Positions 23,800 through 37,602 are shown, numbered from the whole stretch's first letter. The stretch is 63,930 nt of DNA, filler included, from Octopus bimaculoides (GCF_001194135.2; 4 parts of 4 records of this genome joined end to end with filler, not necessarily neighbours in it); one strand, 5' to 3'. Translations and numbers: made by a program. Notes: generated by a model not told the origin, from the letters alone.

Positions 23800-24153
23800 A
23801 GCTGTTAGATCAGGTTATGAAAGTTACAGAGAGGGTCATAGCCCAACTAATTAGGGAGCGAATCAATTTAGATGAGATGCAGTTTGGGTTCGTGCCAGGT
23901 AAAAGCACTACTGATGCCTTATTTCTAGTGAGACAGTTGCAGGAGAAATACCTAGCTAAGGATAAACCTCTGTACCTGGCTTTCGTTGACATGGAGAAAG
24001 CCTTTAACAGGGTCCCCCGATCCCTTATCTGGTGGTCAATGAGGAAACTTGGGATAGAAGAATGGTTAGTGAGAGCTGTGCGAGCCATGTACAGAGATGC
24101 TGCCAGTAAGGTGAGGGTTGGAAATGAGTACAGCAATGAATTCCGGGTAGAGG
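23800..24153 (+). mobile_element. RTE-clade reverse transcriptase fragment truncated by the scaffold spacer
   Basis: Uninterrupted QFGFVPGKSTTDALFLVRQLQEKY...LAFVDMEKAFNRVPR...; typical RTE RT domains 0-2. Confidence 0.9.
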
Positions 24154-24253
24154 NNNNNNNNNNNNNNNNNNNNNNNNNNNNNNNNNNNNNNNNNNNNTTA
24201 ATTAATTAANNNNNNNNNNNNNNNNNNNNNNNNNNNNNNNNNNNNNNNNNNNN
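24154..24253. other. Artificial assembly spacer (44 N + TTAATTAATTAA + 44 N)
   Basis: Exactly 100 bp, with a palindromic 12-mer giving stops in all six frames; identical layout at 45601-45700 and 62820-62919. Confidence 0.9.
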
Positions 24254-24983
24254 ATTCAGTATTATTTCTTCTGGATTTTTACATTTTGAGTTCAAATACC
24301 ACTGACGTTGATTTTGCTTTTCATTCTTTTGGGGTCGATAAAATAAAGTGTCAGTCAAGTTCGGGGGGGGGGGGTCAATGTAAATCAACTTATCCCTTAC
24401 CCTAAAATTGCTGGCCTCGCGCCGAAATTCGAAAGTGTAATTAATAGTTTCTGTTACTTAAGTGATCTAATCCACTCTGTCTGAGCTAACGAGGAAGCAT
24501 CTATGAGGTTGCTGAAACTGCTAGAAACAACAGCTAAATCTCTCGTTAGATAACATCTTAACATCTTACAAAAGAAAAGAAAGATAAAAAAACATTAGAT
24601 AATGTAGTCTAGTTTATATCATGCCAAGGAAAAGAAAGAAAACAACAACAAAACAACGGAATCTCTTTAATTAGAGATTCTTTAATTAGAGCCAACTTGG
24701 AGAAAAAGACAAACAACAACAAAAACAATAGTTAATACTAGAGGCTACAGTAGTGAAAGTATGGATACAAGAGTAGATGGAACTGAAAGAAATGTTACTC
24801 CTTTTCGCAACAAAGAATTTCTCGTCTTTGCTAAAGTTGGAACTGCATGAAGCATGCGTAAGTATGGTGTGTGATGTTACATGCTAACAAGACATGTGTA
24901 TTGAATGTGTGTTGACTTGAGAGCAATTAATAAAGTACATTTGAGAGAATGTTCGATTTTAGTTTGCCTTCAAGACAGAATAG

Positions 24984-25039
<56 letters not shown>

Positions 25040-25342
25040 GAGAGAGAGAGAGAGTATCAAAGATATTAGTTGATATCTGCAGGAGATATCAGCTACTTTG
25101 GTATGGACGAGTGTCATATGCTGTATATGGAAGGTATTCACAGAAGAAGAAGAAGAAGAAGAAAACTATCAAAGACATAGAAGGAGAAGTGATAAAGTCT
25201 GTTCTGTGGCTGGTGTACAAAGCATGTGTAAAGAAGCAGACATGGCTGTGCGGTTGACAAGCTTACTTCCCAATCATGTGGTCCTAGGTTCAGCCCTACT
25301 ATTTGGCACTTGAAAGCAATTAATAAAGTGCTNNNNNNNNNN

Positions 25343-25399
<57 letters not shown>

Positions 25400-27034
25400 A
25401 GATATTAGTGTTAAAGATACTAGCTTACTTCCCAACTATGTGGTCCCAGGTTCAGTCCCACTATGTGGCACTTTGGGGAAATGTTTTCTACTATAGCCCT
25501 GAGCCAACCAATGCCTTGAGAGACAATTTGGTAGACAGGAACTGCAAAACACCTGTTGTGTATGTATGTATGTATGTGCATGTGTGTATATCTTTGAGTA
25601 AAAGTGTTAGATTAGTAATTCAGGTATTTGGCTGACAATCGTAAGGTCATGAGTTCGATTCCTAGTGACACATTGTGTCCTTGAGCAAGACACTTTATTT
25701 CATGATGCTGCAGTTTACTCAGCTGGCAAAAATGAGTTGTACTTGTATTTAAAAAAGGGCCAGCTTTGCCCTTTTCATTTTCATGCTGGTTCACCAGTCC
25801 CCAGTCAAACCGTCCAACCCATGCCAGCATGGAAAGCGGACGTTAAACAATGATGATGATGATGATATATATATATACTCTTTTACTTGTTTCNNNNNNN
25901 NNNNNNNNNNNNNNNNNNNNNNNNNNNNNNNNNNNNNNNNNNNNNNNNNNNNNNNNNNNNNNNNNNNNNNNNNNNNNNNNNNNNNNNNNNNNNNNNNNNN
26001 NNNNNNNNNNNNNNNNNNNNNNNNNNNNNNNNNNNNNNNNNNNNNNNNNNNNNNNNNNNNNNNNNNNNNNNNNNNNNNNNNNNNNNNNNNNNNNNNNNNN
26101 NNNNNNNNNNNNNNNNNNNNNNNNNNNNNNNNNNNNNNNNNNNNNNNNNNNNNNNNNNNNNNNNNNNNNNNNNNNNNNNNNNNNNNNNNNNNNNNNNNNN
26201 NNNNNNNNNNNNNNNNNNNNNNNNNNNNNNNNNNNNNNNNNNNNNNNNNNNNNNNNNNNNNNNNNNNNNNNNNNNNNNNNNNNNNNNNNNNNNNNNNNNN
26301 NNNNNNNNNNNNNNNNNNNNNNNNNNNNNNNNNNNNNNNNNNNNNNNNNNNNNNNNNNNNNNNNNNNNNNNNNNNNNNNNNNNNNNNNNNNNNNNNNNNN
26401 NNNNNNNNNNNNNNNNNNNNNNNNNNNNNNNNNNNNNNNNNNNNNNNNNNNNNNNNNNNNNNNNNNNNNNNNNNNNNNNNNNNNNNNNNNNNNNNNNNNN
26501 NNNNNNNNNNNNNNNNNNNNNNNNNNNNNNNNNNNNNNNNNNNNNNNNNNNNNNNNNNNNNNNNNNNNNNNNNNNNNNNNNNNNNNNNNNNNNNNNNNNN
26601 NNNNNNNNNNNNNNNNNNNNNNNNNNNNNNNNNNNNNNNNNNNNNNNNNNNNNNNNNNNNNNNNNNNNNNNNNNNNNNNNNNNNNNNNNNNNNNNNNNNN
26701 NNNNNNNNNNNNNNNNNNNNNNNNNNNNNNNNNNNNNNNNNNNNNNNNNNNNNNNNNNNNNNNNNNNNNNGAATTGGGGAAATTTTTATTTATATATTTT
26801 TTCAATTTACTTAGAATTTTTGGAGAGGTTTTTCTTTGTTCTTCATATTTTTTTTATCCTTGCTGCTTGCATGATGATGATGATGATGATGATGATGATG
26901 GTGATGACGATGACGATGATGATGATGATGGCGATGGGAAAGGGCGGGGTTAGGTCTGTCATGCTGTTGTTGATGTTTGTATCACTGCCAACAACAATAA
27001 TACGGCAGAGAATGTATCAGAACGTAGCCCCGTG

Positions 27035-28290
27035 ATGGATAGGAGAGAGAAAGAGAGATAGAGACACAAAGAGAGGGGAGGAAGAGAGGAAGAAGAAGAA
27101 GAGAAACTGAGAGAACTTTGAGGGAAGAAGCTGAGAGATCTAGTGATGGAATGTGGATGAGACTGAGAGAGAGAGAGAGAGAGTATGGGGGAAACAATAG
27201 ATAAATAGAGAGAGAGAGAGTGAGAGAGAGAGATTGAAGGAGAGAGACAGACAGAGAGAGACAGAGACACAGAGAGAGAAAGACACAGAGAGAGAAAGAC
27301 ACAGAGAGAGACAGAGAGAGAGATAGAGAGAGATAGAGACAGAGAGAGAGAGACAGAGAGACACAGAGAGAGAGACAGAGAGAGAGAGACAGAGAGAGAG
27401 AGACAGAGAGAGAGAGACAGAGGGAGAGAGAGAGAGAGTAGGCTTCTGCATATTTGAGAAAGAGATGAGAAAGAATAAGTGTAAGTATAAATATGGAGAG
27501 ATAGAAAAGTGTGTGTGTGTGTGTGTCTGTGTATGTGAGGGAGGGAGAGAATGAAAGGGTATGTGAGTCTGTATGAGAGTTGAGGGGAAAGTAAATTGTG
27601 AGAAGAGGAGAAAGAAGAAGGCAAAGAGAAAGAAGAACAGGGTCCAAAAGAAAGAAAAGGAGAAAAAAAGGGGAAAAAAAAGAGAGAACAAAAGAAGGCA
27701 GGAGAGAGAGAGAGACGGGGAGGGAAGGAGAGACAGACAGACGGAAAGAAGAAAGGAAGGAAGAAATAGAGAGAGAGAAGGTGAGACAGACAGACAGACA
27801 GACAGAAGGAAGGAAGGAAGGAAGGAAGGAAGGAAGGGAAGAAGAGAGAGAGAGAGAGATAAAAGATGAGGATGAGATGAAAGGAAAAGTGGGCGGGAGA
27901 GGGAGATGAAAGATGATGAAAAGATGAGGAAACGGGGAAGGGTGAAGAGGAAGGGAGGAAGAAAGAAAGGAAAAGCAAGGAGAAAGAGAGAAGGAGAGAG
28001 AGAGAGACACAGAGAGAGCGAGACAGAGAGAGACAGAGGGAGAGAGAGAGAGACAGAGAGAGAGAGACAGAGAGAGAGAGACACACACAGAGAGACAGAG
28101 AGAGAGAGACAAAGACAGAGAGAGACAGAGAGAGAGAGACAGAAAGAGACAGACAGAGAGAGACAAAGAGAGTGAGAAAGAATGGAGGAGAGAGTGAGAA
28201 CGATAGGAGGAGAGAGAAAGAGAGAGAAATACAAGAGACATGATGAGAAATTAAAGAGAGCTTCACAAGGAGGGAGAGAGATAAGTAAAT
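27035..28290. repeat. About 1.25-kb compound (GA)n/(GACA)n/(GGAA)n polypurine tract
   Basis: Directly visible; source of several spurious ORFs. Confidence 0.95.
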
Positions 28291-28655
28291 ATAAGTGTGT
28301 GGCTGTGGTGGTGGTGGTGGCGATGGTGGTGGTGGTGGTGGTGGCGGCAAGGTGCGATGGGGGTGGCGAGGGGAGGGATGCTGTCAGCAGACAATAAATA
28401 GTACGGTCAGTTCAATAAATAGTATATGGCCAGTTGTTCAATAAATCAGTGAAGTGGGGAGAGATGGAATAACTGAAGCATGGAAGAATAGCCCAACCCC
28501 CACTCCTGCCATCAGATTTCATACATGTGGGTGTGTGTGTATGTATGTGTGTGTGTGTGTGTGTGTGTGTACGTGTATGTATGTGTGTGTGTGTATATAT
28601 ATGTGTATGTATGTACATGTGTGTATACATATATATATATCTCAATGTATATATA

Positions 28656-28702
<47 letters not shown>

Positions 28703-28908
28703 NNNNNNNNNNNNNNNNNNNNNNNNNNNNNNNNNNNNNNNNNNNNNNNNNNNNNNNNNNNNNNNNNNNNNNNNNNNNNNNNNNNNNNNNNNNNNNNNNN
28801 NNNNNNNNNNNNNNNNNNNNNNNNNNNNNNNNNNNNNNNNNNNNNNNNNNNNNNNNNNNNNNNNNNNNNNNNNNNNNATATATGTGTGTGTGTATGTAAG
28901 TCTGTGTA

Positions 28909-28972
<64 letters not shown>

Positions 28973-29488
28973 TGTACACACAAATAGATGTATGTATGTA
29001 TACGAAATTATGGGTGTAATATGTGTTTAATAAGCATAGATGTGTGTAATATATAACTGTGTAATTTTATGATATATAGATATCATCACCATCATCGTAA
29101 TTATAGTCTTCAGCAACATTAATCTTTAGAATCAAGTTTTATGTCTAGTCTTTTCTGTCAGCATCAGTTAGAAGGATAGTCTGGAATAAAGCACCCTAAA
29201 ACTCAGCCATTGCAGCTAGAAAGGCTAAAGCAGTGCAATATTCCTAATGCTGCAGGACTGGCTGTGTGGTAGGTAGCTTGCTCACCAACCACATGGCCCT
29301 GGGTTCGGTCCCACAGCCCGGCACCTCAGGCAAATGTCTTCTACTATAGCTTTGGGGTGACCAAAGTCCTGTGAGTGGATTTGGTAGACAGAAACTGAAA
29401 GAAGTCTCACGTGTGCGTGTGTGTGTGTGTGTGTGTGTATGAGTGGATTTGGTGGGCAGAAACTGAAAGAAGCCCGTCATATAAACAA

Positions 29489-29520
<32 letters not shown>

Positions 29521-29564
29521 TATATCAAAGGCACAGAAGTGGCTGTGTGGTAATTAGCTATAGG

Positions 29565-29720
29565 CGTTGGAGTGGCTGTGTGGTAAGTAGCTTGCTTACC
29601 AACTACATGGTTCCGGGTTCAGTCCCACTGCGTGGCAACTTGGGCAAGTGTCTTCTACTATAACCTTGGGCCAACCAAAGCCTTGTGAGTGGATTTCGTA
29701 GATGGAAACTGAAAGAAGCC
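29565..29720 (+). mobile_element. tRNA-headed SINE, 5' half
   Basis: ggcgttggagtggctgtgtggtaag (A-box-like) ... gggttcagtccc (B-box-like) ... gaaactgaaagaagccc. Confidence 0.8.
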
Positions 29721-29843
29721 CATTGTATATATGTATATATGTCACATATATGTATATATGTATATATGTCAGATATATGTATATATGTATATATGTCACA
29801 TATATGTATATATGTCACATATATGTATATATGTACATATGTT

Positions 29844-29967
29844 ACAAGGCTTTGGTTGACCCAAGGCTATAGTTGAAGACACTTGTCCAAGGTGCCACGC
29901 AGTAGGACTGAACCCGGAACCATGTAGTTGGTAAGCAAGCTACTTACCACACAGCCACTCCTGCGCC
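29844..29967 (-). mobile_element. tRNA-headed SINE, 5' half, inverted relative to 29565-29720
   Basis: Reverse complement nearly identical to 29565-29690. Confidence 0.8.
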
Positions 29968-30879
29968 GTACTGTATATATTTTCTTTATTATTTTTATAA
30001 TTTGTATATAATTATTTTATCATAAACGCAAAACAACACCACGCAGAGAATCGATGTAAGCTTAAATAATAAACCACAATGTGGCAAGGATTACTGTACT
30101 AAGCATTTAGAGAATACTGAGCAATTGAGATGCATTGAGTGTTGAGAGTGATGTGTCCAAGGTGTAGCAAGCAGTAAGGTGGATGAGCATTTAGAGAGCA
30201 ATCAATTATTTGATCAAACATTCGGTCAATCAATCCTACAATCATTTAGGCTTGGCAAAGTATTTCTAAAACCATTTGTGGCCTCATCAATGACATGCCC
30301 TCTCTTTAAAAAAAAACAGAAACCCTTTATTTGAAAAAAGCAAGAGTAAGCAACAGGAAAGGCATCCAGCTGTAAAATAATACCTTAGTAATATACATTT
30401 GTCAACGCATGTTAATGTAGAAAGATGGTCATAAAAAAAAACCAACACAAAAACAAATATACATAAAAATAAACATGCTTTAATAAGGAATAACTTTGCT
30501 CAGCATTTCAGCACAAACAGAGTCCTAAAAACCAATAAATTGGATCCCTGTTTCATTAACAACGACAAAAACCTCAGAGAAACTGTCTTGCAAGAATTAC
30601 AACTCCCACAGCTCATTACCGATATGTATCTGCCCAAACCAAAACAGATCATAGAAAAATGTTGCAATAATCATAATGATGATGATGGTGATGATGATGA
30701 TGATGATGATGATGATGACGAAGGTGATGACAATGACTACAGTATGAGCAGTNNNNNNNNNNAAAAAAAATTTTTTTTTTTTTTTTTTTTTCTTAGATTG
30801 TGTGTCATCACTTCCGAGTGATATCAATTATATTTCAGTTGTTACTTCTTCTGAGTCAGACTTGGGTGAATGAATGATG

Positions 30880-30977
30880 ACAATGACAACAACAATGACA
30901 ACAACAGGTGGTGTTTGTATGCATGCATGTATCAATATATGTACGCATGTGTGTATGTATGTATGTATGTATGTATG

Positions 30978-31010
<33 letters not shown>

Positions 31011-31376
31011 CTGTGTGTATGCATGTATATGTATGCATGTGTATGTATGTATGAGTATATATACGTATGTGCGTGTATGTATGCTTGTATGTATGTATGT
31101 ATGACGTATGTATGCATGTCTTTCTGTATGTACGTATGTATATATACATATGTGTATGTACGTATGTATGCATGTCTGTATGTATGCATGTATCAGAATA
31201 TGTACATATGTGTATGTATGTATGTATGTGTACATGTATGTGTATGTATGTATGTATATGTACATATGTGTATGTATATGTATGCATCTCTTTGTATGCA
31301 TGCATATATGTGCAAGTGTATGGTGTATGAACATATACACCTACAAAGATGTATGCCTGTGTACATACATATGCAT
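30880..31376. repeat. Degenerate (TATG)n/(TG)n/(TA)n microsatellite field
   Basis: Directly visible. Confidence 0.95.
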
Positions 31377-31863
31377 NNNNNNNNNNNNNNNNNNNNNNNN
31401 NNNNNNNNNNNNNNNNNNNNNNNNNNNNNNNNNNNNNNNNNNNNNNNNNNNNNNNNNNNNNNNNNNNNNNNNNNNNNNNNNNNNNNNNNNNNNNNNNNNN
31501 NNNNNNNNNNNNNNNNNNNNNNNNNNNNNNNNNNNNNNNNNNNNNNNNNNNNNNNNNNNNNNNNNNNNNNNNNNNNNNNNNNNNNNNNNNNNNNNNNNNN
31601 NNNNNNNNNNNNNNNNNNNNNNNNNNNNNNNNNNNNNNNNNNNNNNNNNNNNNNNNNNNNNNNNNNNNNNNNNNNNNNNNNNNNNNNNNNNNNNNNNNNN
31701 NNNNNNNNNNNNNNNNNNNNNNNNNNNNNNNNNNNNNNNNNNNNNNNNNNNNNNNNNNNNNNNNNNNNNNNNNNNNNNNNNNNNNNNNNNNNNNNNNNNN
31801 NNNNNNNNNNNNNNNNNNNNNNNNNNNNNNNNNNNNNNNNNNNNNNNNNNNNNNNNNNNNNNN

Positions 31864-31973
31864 AGAAGAAGAAGAAGAAGAAGAAGAAGAAGAAGAAGAA
31901 GAAGAAGAAGAAGAAGAAGAAGAAGAAGAAGAAGAAGAAGAAGAAGAAGAAGAAGAAGAAGAAGAAGAAGAAG
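31864..31973. repeat. Pure (AAG)n trinucleotide run of more than 35 units, abutting a gap
   Basis: Directly visible. Confidence 0.95.
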
Positions 31974-34326
31974 CCGCCGTACACACTATGTTATGCAGCA
32001 GGGGCCAAAATGAATGCAGATGTATTTGCTGTCTTTTTGGGGCTATGTTTTTTTTTTTCCTTCAGTACCCAAACAGAATGAAAGGTGACCACTGGCTTCC
32101 AATGTTGCTTTCAGCTAAATAACAATACTGTGTTAATAAACAATGGCAAGCAGAAAGAGAACAAGGGGCAGAGAAGAAGCTAACAAGAGCAAGGGGGTTG
32201 TAAAAGAAAAAAGAAAAACAGTGGCGGGTACTGAAATAAAATGGATGCCAACAGACAATGCACTCTACTGTACATCTGCTTCTTGTTTATACAACAAAAT
32301 ATCATGACAGGATGTGTTTTGAATTCGCAAACAACGAGAATAGTGAAGGAAAAAGCATGTTCAGTCATTTTTTATTTGTTTGCATGTTTGCATGTTCAGC
32401 TTTTATGCATGTTTGTGTGTGTGTGTGTGTGTTTGTCACCATGCTTTGATACCACATGATAGCTGTAAACAAGTGTCACCGTCATACAAGTGGTGTCCTT
32501 CATTTCCAGTATTCTGTGAAAGCATGTTTGGTCATAGAGAACGATTGCTTTACTTGGAGACAGGTAAGGGGTGTGGCAACAGCAAGACTATCTGGCTGTA
32601 GAAAATCTGCCACAAGAAATTCCATGCAAGCATGGAAAAGTGGGCATAAAAACTCTGTGAGCAAACATTTTCAAAAATGAAGAATGTGAAGTCAGGACAT
32701 CGAACGAGGTTGACTGATGAGCATTTGGAAGCAATTCTCTTGGTTGGATGCAGCAATTCCAAAACAAATATTGATGATATCTTTAAAATTAAACACCAGT
32801 TTCACAAATCTCACTGACCTTTTTTTGCTGTTTAGTTTGTGAGAGTCGATATGTGTTCACTGGGGGTGATATAACTATCTTATTGCTAACCGTGCCTTCT
32901 TTGATAACATTTTGGTAAATAAATATGTGGATTGTCTTTATGTTTTGTGTATTCACTGTATTGTATTAAACAAAATGGTTATGTGGTCTGCGCTCTTCAT
33001 TCTCTCAGTTATCTGGCCCACCATGAAAAAAGTTCGGTGACCTCAGGTCTAACCCATGCCAACGTGGGAAATGGATATTAAAAATAATGACGATTCTCAT
33101 TTCACAAAATTAATAGTACCAACCGCTGTTTTTGGCCTATAGCCAGACTTCAACTGCTTAATGCTAGCATTATTAGTAAACTAATTTCAACTTAATATAA
33201 CCAGATTTTTATGTGCAGTTATGACCATGTATCTAAGAAAAGTTTGCTTATGAAATGATGGGCTTGATTTCTGTGAAGAGTACCATGAGCAAGTGTCTTC
33301 TAATATTGTCCCAGACCATCTCAAGATTTTTAGAGAAACGGGGTAGATAGAAAGTATGTAGAAACCTGTGAAGAAATGTGTTTAGTGGTTCAGGTATACA
33401 GTTCATAATTCTGGGGTCATGAGATTGATACCCAGTGACATGTTGTGTCCTTGCACAAGACACTTTATTTCACATTCCTCCAGTCCACTCAGCTGGTCAA
33501 AATGAGTCGTACCTGTGTTTCAAAGGACCAACCTTGTCGCATTCTGTGTTATGTTGAAGCTCCCTGAAAACTACATGCAGTCTATGCATGTCTGTGGAGT
33601 GCTCAGCCACTTGCACATTAGTTTCGCAAGTAAGCTGTTCTGTTGATCAGACCAGCTGGAGCACCTGTCATCGCAACCGACAGTGTACCAGTTTAAGAAA
33701 TGTGTAGGCCAGACTGCGTCTGAGAAATTAGCTTTCTTTTCTTCTATCAGATTTGGAAGCTTTCCAAAAGCCATCGACACTACTTCCTCCAGTAACTTTC
33801 TTTTTTCTTAATAATCCCTCAGGTCCCATTTTCCATCTTTATTGGAAAAATTTCTAAATGTATTGTTGCCATTGATAAGAAGTTAGCTTCTGGAGCACAT
33901 GATCTTGGATATGATCCTACTGTGTGGCACCTTGTGACAACTCGTACAAGTGTCTTCTACTATAGCCCTATGGCAACCAAAGCCTTGAGAGTAGATTTGG
34001 TACATGGAAACTGGAAGAAGTCTGTCATGTTTGTGTATATATGTGTGTATACACCATGTGTGTGTGTTTGTGCTTTTGTCTCCTTGTCAGGACGTTGCTT
34101 GACCGTTGCACATGAAAGTCATTCGTTTACAACATTCTGCAAAAATACATCTGACCACGAGGTGAGATTCCCTTGCTTGAAAACAGGTGAGGGTTAATGA
34201 CAGGAAGGGCATCCGTTCTTAGAAAACCCACCTGAATGCACTCTGTTCTACCTAAAGGAAAGTAGACATTAAAACAGNNNNNNNNNNCACTCTGTTCTAC
34301 CTAAAGGAAAGTAGACATTAAAACAG

Positions 34327-34374
<48 letters not shown>

Positions 34375-34689
34375 CTTAAATAACAAAAATGTAAACATAA
34401 TGTTCCACAAGAACAGATAACAGCCTTCATAACTCAATAAAACGTACATTGAGATTGCTTTGTTTCGTTTTTATATTGTGTGCATTCATGAACAAAAACC
34501 TCAAAGAACATTTCAGATCAAAGACAGGTTCAACAAGCAAATCACCGCTTCAGTGCATTACTGAGGGTTCGAGTGACAAGAGGTGATTGTGCACTCAGCT
34601 TTTCAAAGATTGCATCCATGACTGAAGCTTTCGGAAGTTTTTTCCATGTGTTGATGAACCGAAATCTCCTGCCATGAGTGCAAGTTAAT

Positions 34690-34720
<31 letters not shown>

Positions 34721-35766
34721 NNNNNNNNNNNNNNNNNNNNNNNNNNNNNNNNNNNNNNNNNNNNNNNNNNNNNNNNNNNNNNNNNNNNNNNNNNNNNNNN
34801 NNNNNNNNNNNNNNNNNNNNNNNNNNNNNNNNNNNNNNNNNNNNNNNNNNNNNNNNNNNNNNNNNNNNNNNNNNNNNNNNNNNNNNNNNNNNNNNNNNNN
34901 NNNNNNNNNNNNNNNNNNNNNNNNNNNNNNNNNNNNNNNNNNNNNNNNNNNNNNNNNNNNNNNNNNNNNNNNNNNNNNNNNNNNNNNNNNNNNNNNNNNN
35001 NNNNNNNNNNNNNNNNNNNNNNNNNNNNNNNNNNNNNNNNNNNNNNNNNNNNNNNNNNNNNNNNNNNNNNNNNNNNNNNNNNNNNNNNNNNNNNNNNNNN
35101 NNNNNNNNNNNNNNNNNNNNNNNNNNNNNNNNNNNNNNNNNNNNNNNNNNNNNNNNNNNNNNNNNNNNNNNNNNNNNNNNNNNNNNNNNNNNNNNNNNNN
35201 NNNNNNNNNNNNNNNNNNNNNNNNNNNNNNNNNNNNNNNNNTATGTGCCACTGGCACGAGGGCCAGTTAGGCGGTTCTGGCAGCGACCATGCTCAAAAGG
35301 TGTTTTTAAATGCCACCTGCACGGGAACCAGTCTGTCGGCACTGGCAATAACCACGCTCGAATGTTGTTTTTTACGTGCCACCAGCACAAGTGCTGGTAA
35401 AGCAATGCTAACAACAATCACGCTTGAATAGTGCTTTTCACATGACACCGGCACAGGAGCCAATCCATGGCCCTGGCAACGATCACGCTCGGATGTGCTT
35501 TTAACATTCCACTGGCACGAGTGTGCTTGCAAAATCTTGTTGCATAGACAAACTTGGATTCTATTCAAAAATAAGAAAGAACTGCATCCAGACAGAATTG
35601 AGATGTAAACCAAGACATTTTGTCAGGTATTTCGTTTTCCTCTACAAACTAGAATACTGCTGGCAGCTTTATTTGCCATTAGCTTGGGTTCCCCTTATTC
35701 TGGATTCTGCCAGTTTGGAAGTTTACTATTGTGAAACAGAGACTAAGAGTGAATAATAAACACCAA

Positions 35767-35973
35767 CGTGGCCGTTTTCGTGCGGGTGACACGTAAAAGC
35801 ACCCACTACACTCTCTGAGTGGTTGGCGTTAGGAAGGGCATCCAGCTGTAGAAACTCTGCCAAATCAGACTGGAGCCTGGTGTTGCCATCCGGTTTCACC
35901 AGTCCTCAGTCAAATCGTCCAACCCATGCTAGCATGGAAAGCGGACGTTAAACGATGATGATGATGATGATGA
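35767..35973 (+). mobile_element. RTE-family 3' end, young copy
   Basis: Near-identical to 149-350. Confidence 0.85.
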
Positions 35974-35979
35974 TATACA

Positions 35980-36011
<32 letters not shown>

Positions 36012-36068
36012 ATATATGGGTACGTATGTGCATATGTATAAATGTGGACGTATGAGTGTATATATATA

Positions 36069-36131
<63 letters not shown>

Positions 36132-36139
36132 CAAAAAAA

Positions 36140-36330
36140 CAATAACAAAAAAACAAAAAAACAACAAAGTGAGGACGTGATATGGATAGTATTATTGGAC
36201 GCTCAGGAAAGGAAAGAGAGAGTGTATGACGTTTCGGGCGTAGCCCTTCGTCGGAAAGATGGAAAGTTCGGAGAATGGAAGAACGGAGAAAGAGGAAAAT
36301 GGTACCGATGCCCACGAGGTTACATGATGT
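36140..36330 (-). mobile_element. Probable Penelope-like terminal repeat fragment with a degenerate minimal hammerhead core
   Basis: Minus strand reads CCGACGA-A-GGGC-TAC-GCCC-GAAAC-GTC (36228-36254). Confidence 0.4.
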
Positions 36331-36422
36331 ATATATGTATATACAAGATGTATGTATATACAAGATATATGTATATACATGATGTATATATGTATATACA
36401 AGTGCACATATGTATGTATATG

Positions 36423-36481
<59 letters not shown>

Positions 36482-37602
36482 ATTAGTTTGCATATATGTG
36501 TGTGTTTGTGTATATGGATTTATGTACGCATGTACGCTCTCACACATTTATAGGTATGTGTTGTCCAACCCACTATCCGGCAGCGTCCAATTCTCTAACG
36601 GTTTTTTTCAAATGAATCAAGTCATAACCTTATCCATCTATTGTTTTCATAATCGGTCATAATGTCTTACGTTTAAGATGATTCCCATGCTTTCCCTGAT
36701 GAGAAGGTTACATCTTTAATATCAAAGATCCCTATGGATCACACAGGTTGTAATCCTTTGAAACATATGTAGGAATAAAGTATGCAATTATAACATGCGT
36801 TTTCTCCATTCCTTAAATTCTTATGTATATATNNNNNNNNNNNNNNNNNNNNNNNNNNNNNNNNNNNNNNNNNNNNNNNNNNNNNNNNNNNNNNNNNNNN
36901 NATATATATATACATATACGATCTTGAAATCATGAGTGCAACACCCTAACCACTGAGCCATACACCTTCATATATATATATGGTAAATGAAAGACAGAAG
37001 ATGGAATATACGAGAATTTATTATTAATCATGACAGTTATTTTGACACATCTAGTATCGATCCCTCACGATTAAGTGGTACACTTAACAGCTGGTTCAGG
37101 AGCATCCCGTGGTGCAAGTGTGTCTCATCAGGTGATAAATAGACACAACTCGTTAAAATAACAGTTCCACAATGCATCTTCTCATTTTGTAGAAAGAAAA
37201 TCAGCAAAACGAAGGCAATATCTTCATTCATATGGAAGATCAAAAATAAAATCACAGATGCAAAAAAGAAACAAGCACGCAATACAGCGAGAAAAGTGTT
37301 AAAATAACTGGTATAGGCAGCGGTATGCATTGTATGTATGTGTCTTTGGGTTTCTGTTCCCTATGCCCACCCTTTCACAACTCATATGTGTTTACATCCC
37401 CACAACTTAGCAGTTGTTCAGCAAGGGAAACTGACAACGTAAGTATCAGACTTTACAAAAATAAGTACTAGGATGAACTGTTCCACTAAGAGCTTTCAAG
37501 GCTGCCATCCAATGATTGAAGACCTCAGTAAGGCTGCAATCCAATGACTGAAAGGCATAAAATATAAAAAATTCCATAAGAAGAGAGTAAAATGCATAAT
37601 AG

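Noticed and set aside
28300-28380. G-quadruplex
   Set aside because: Mostly (GGT)n with only three runs of three or more G; weak and common.
25783-32122. Long ORFs rich in S/L, R/E, Y/I/H/T or poly-K/R/E/F
   Set aside because: They are translations of (GA)n, (TA)n, (TATG)n and (AAG)n microsatellites and of gaps.
34227-34327. Exact ~40-bp direct repeat
   Set aside because: The two copies flank a 10-N gap, which indicates contig overlap. The short duplication at 5497-5516 is the same kind of artefact.
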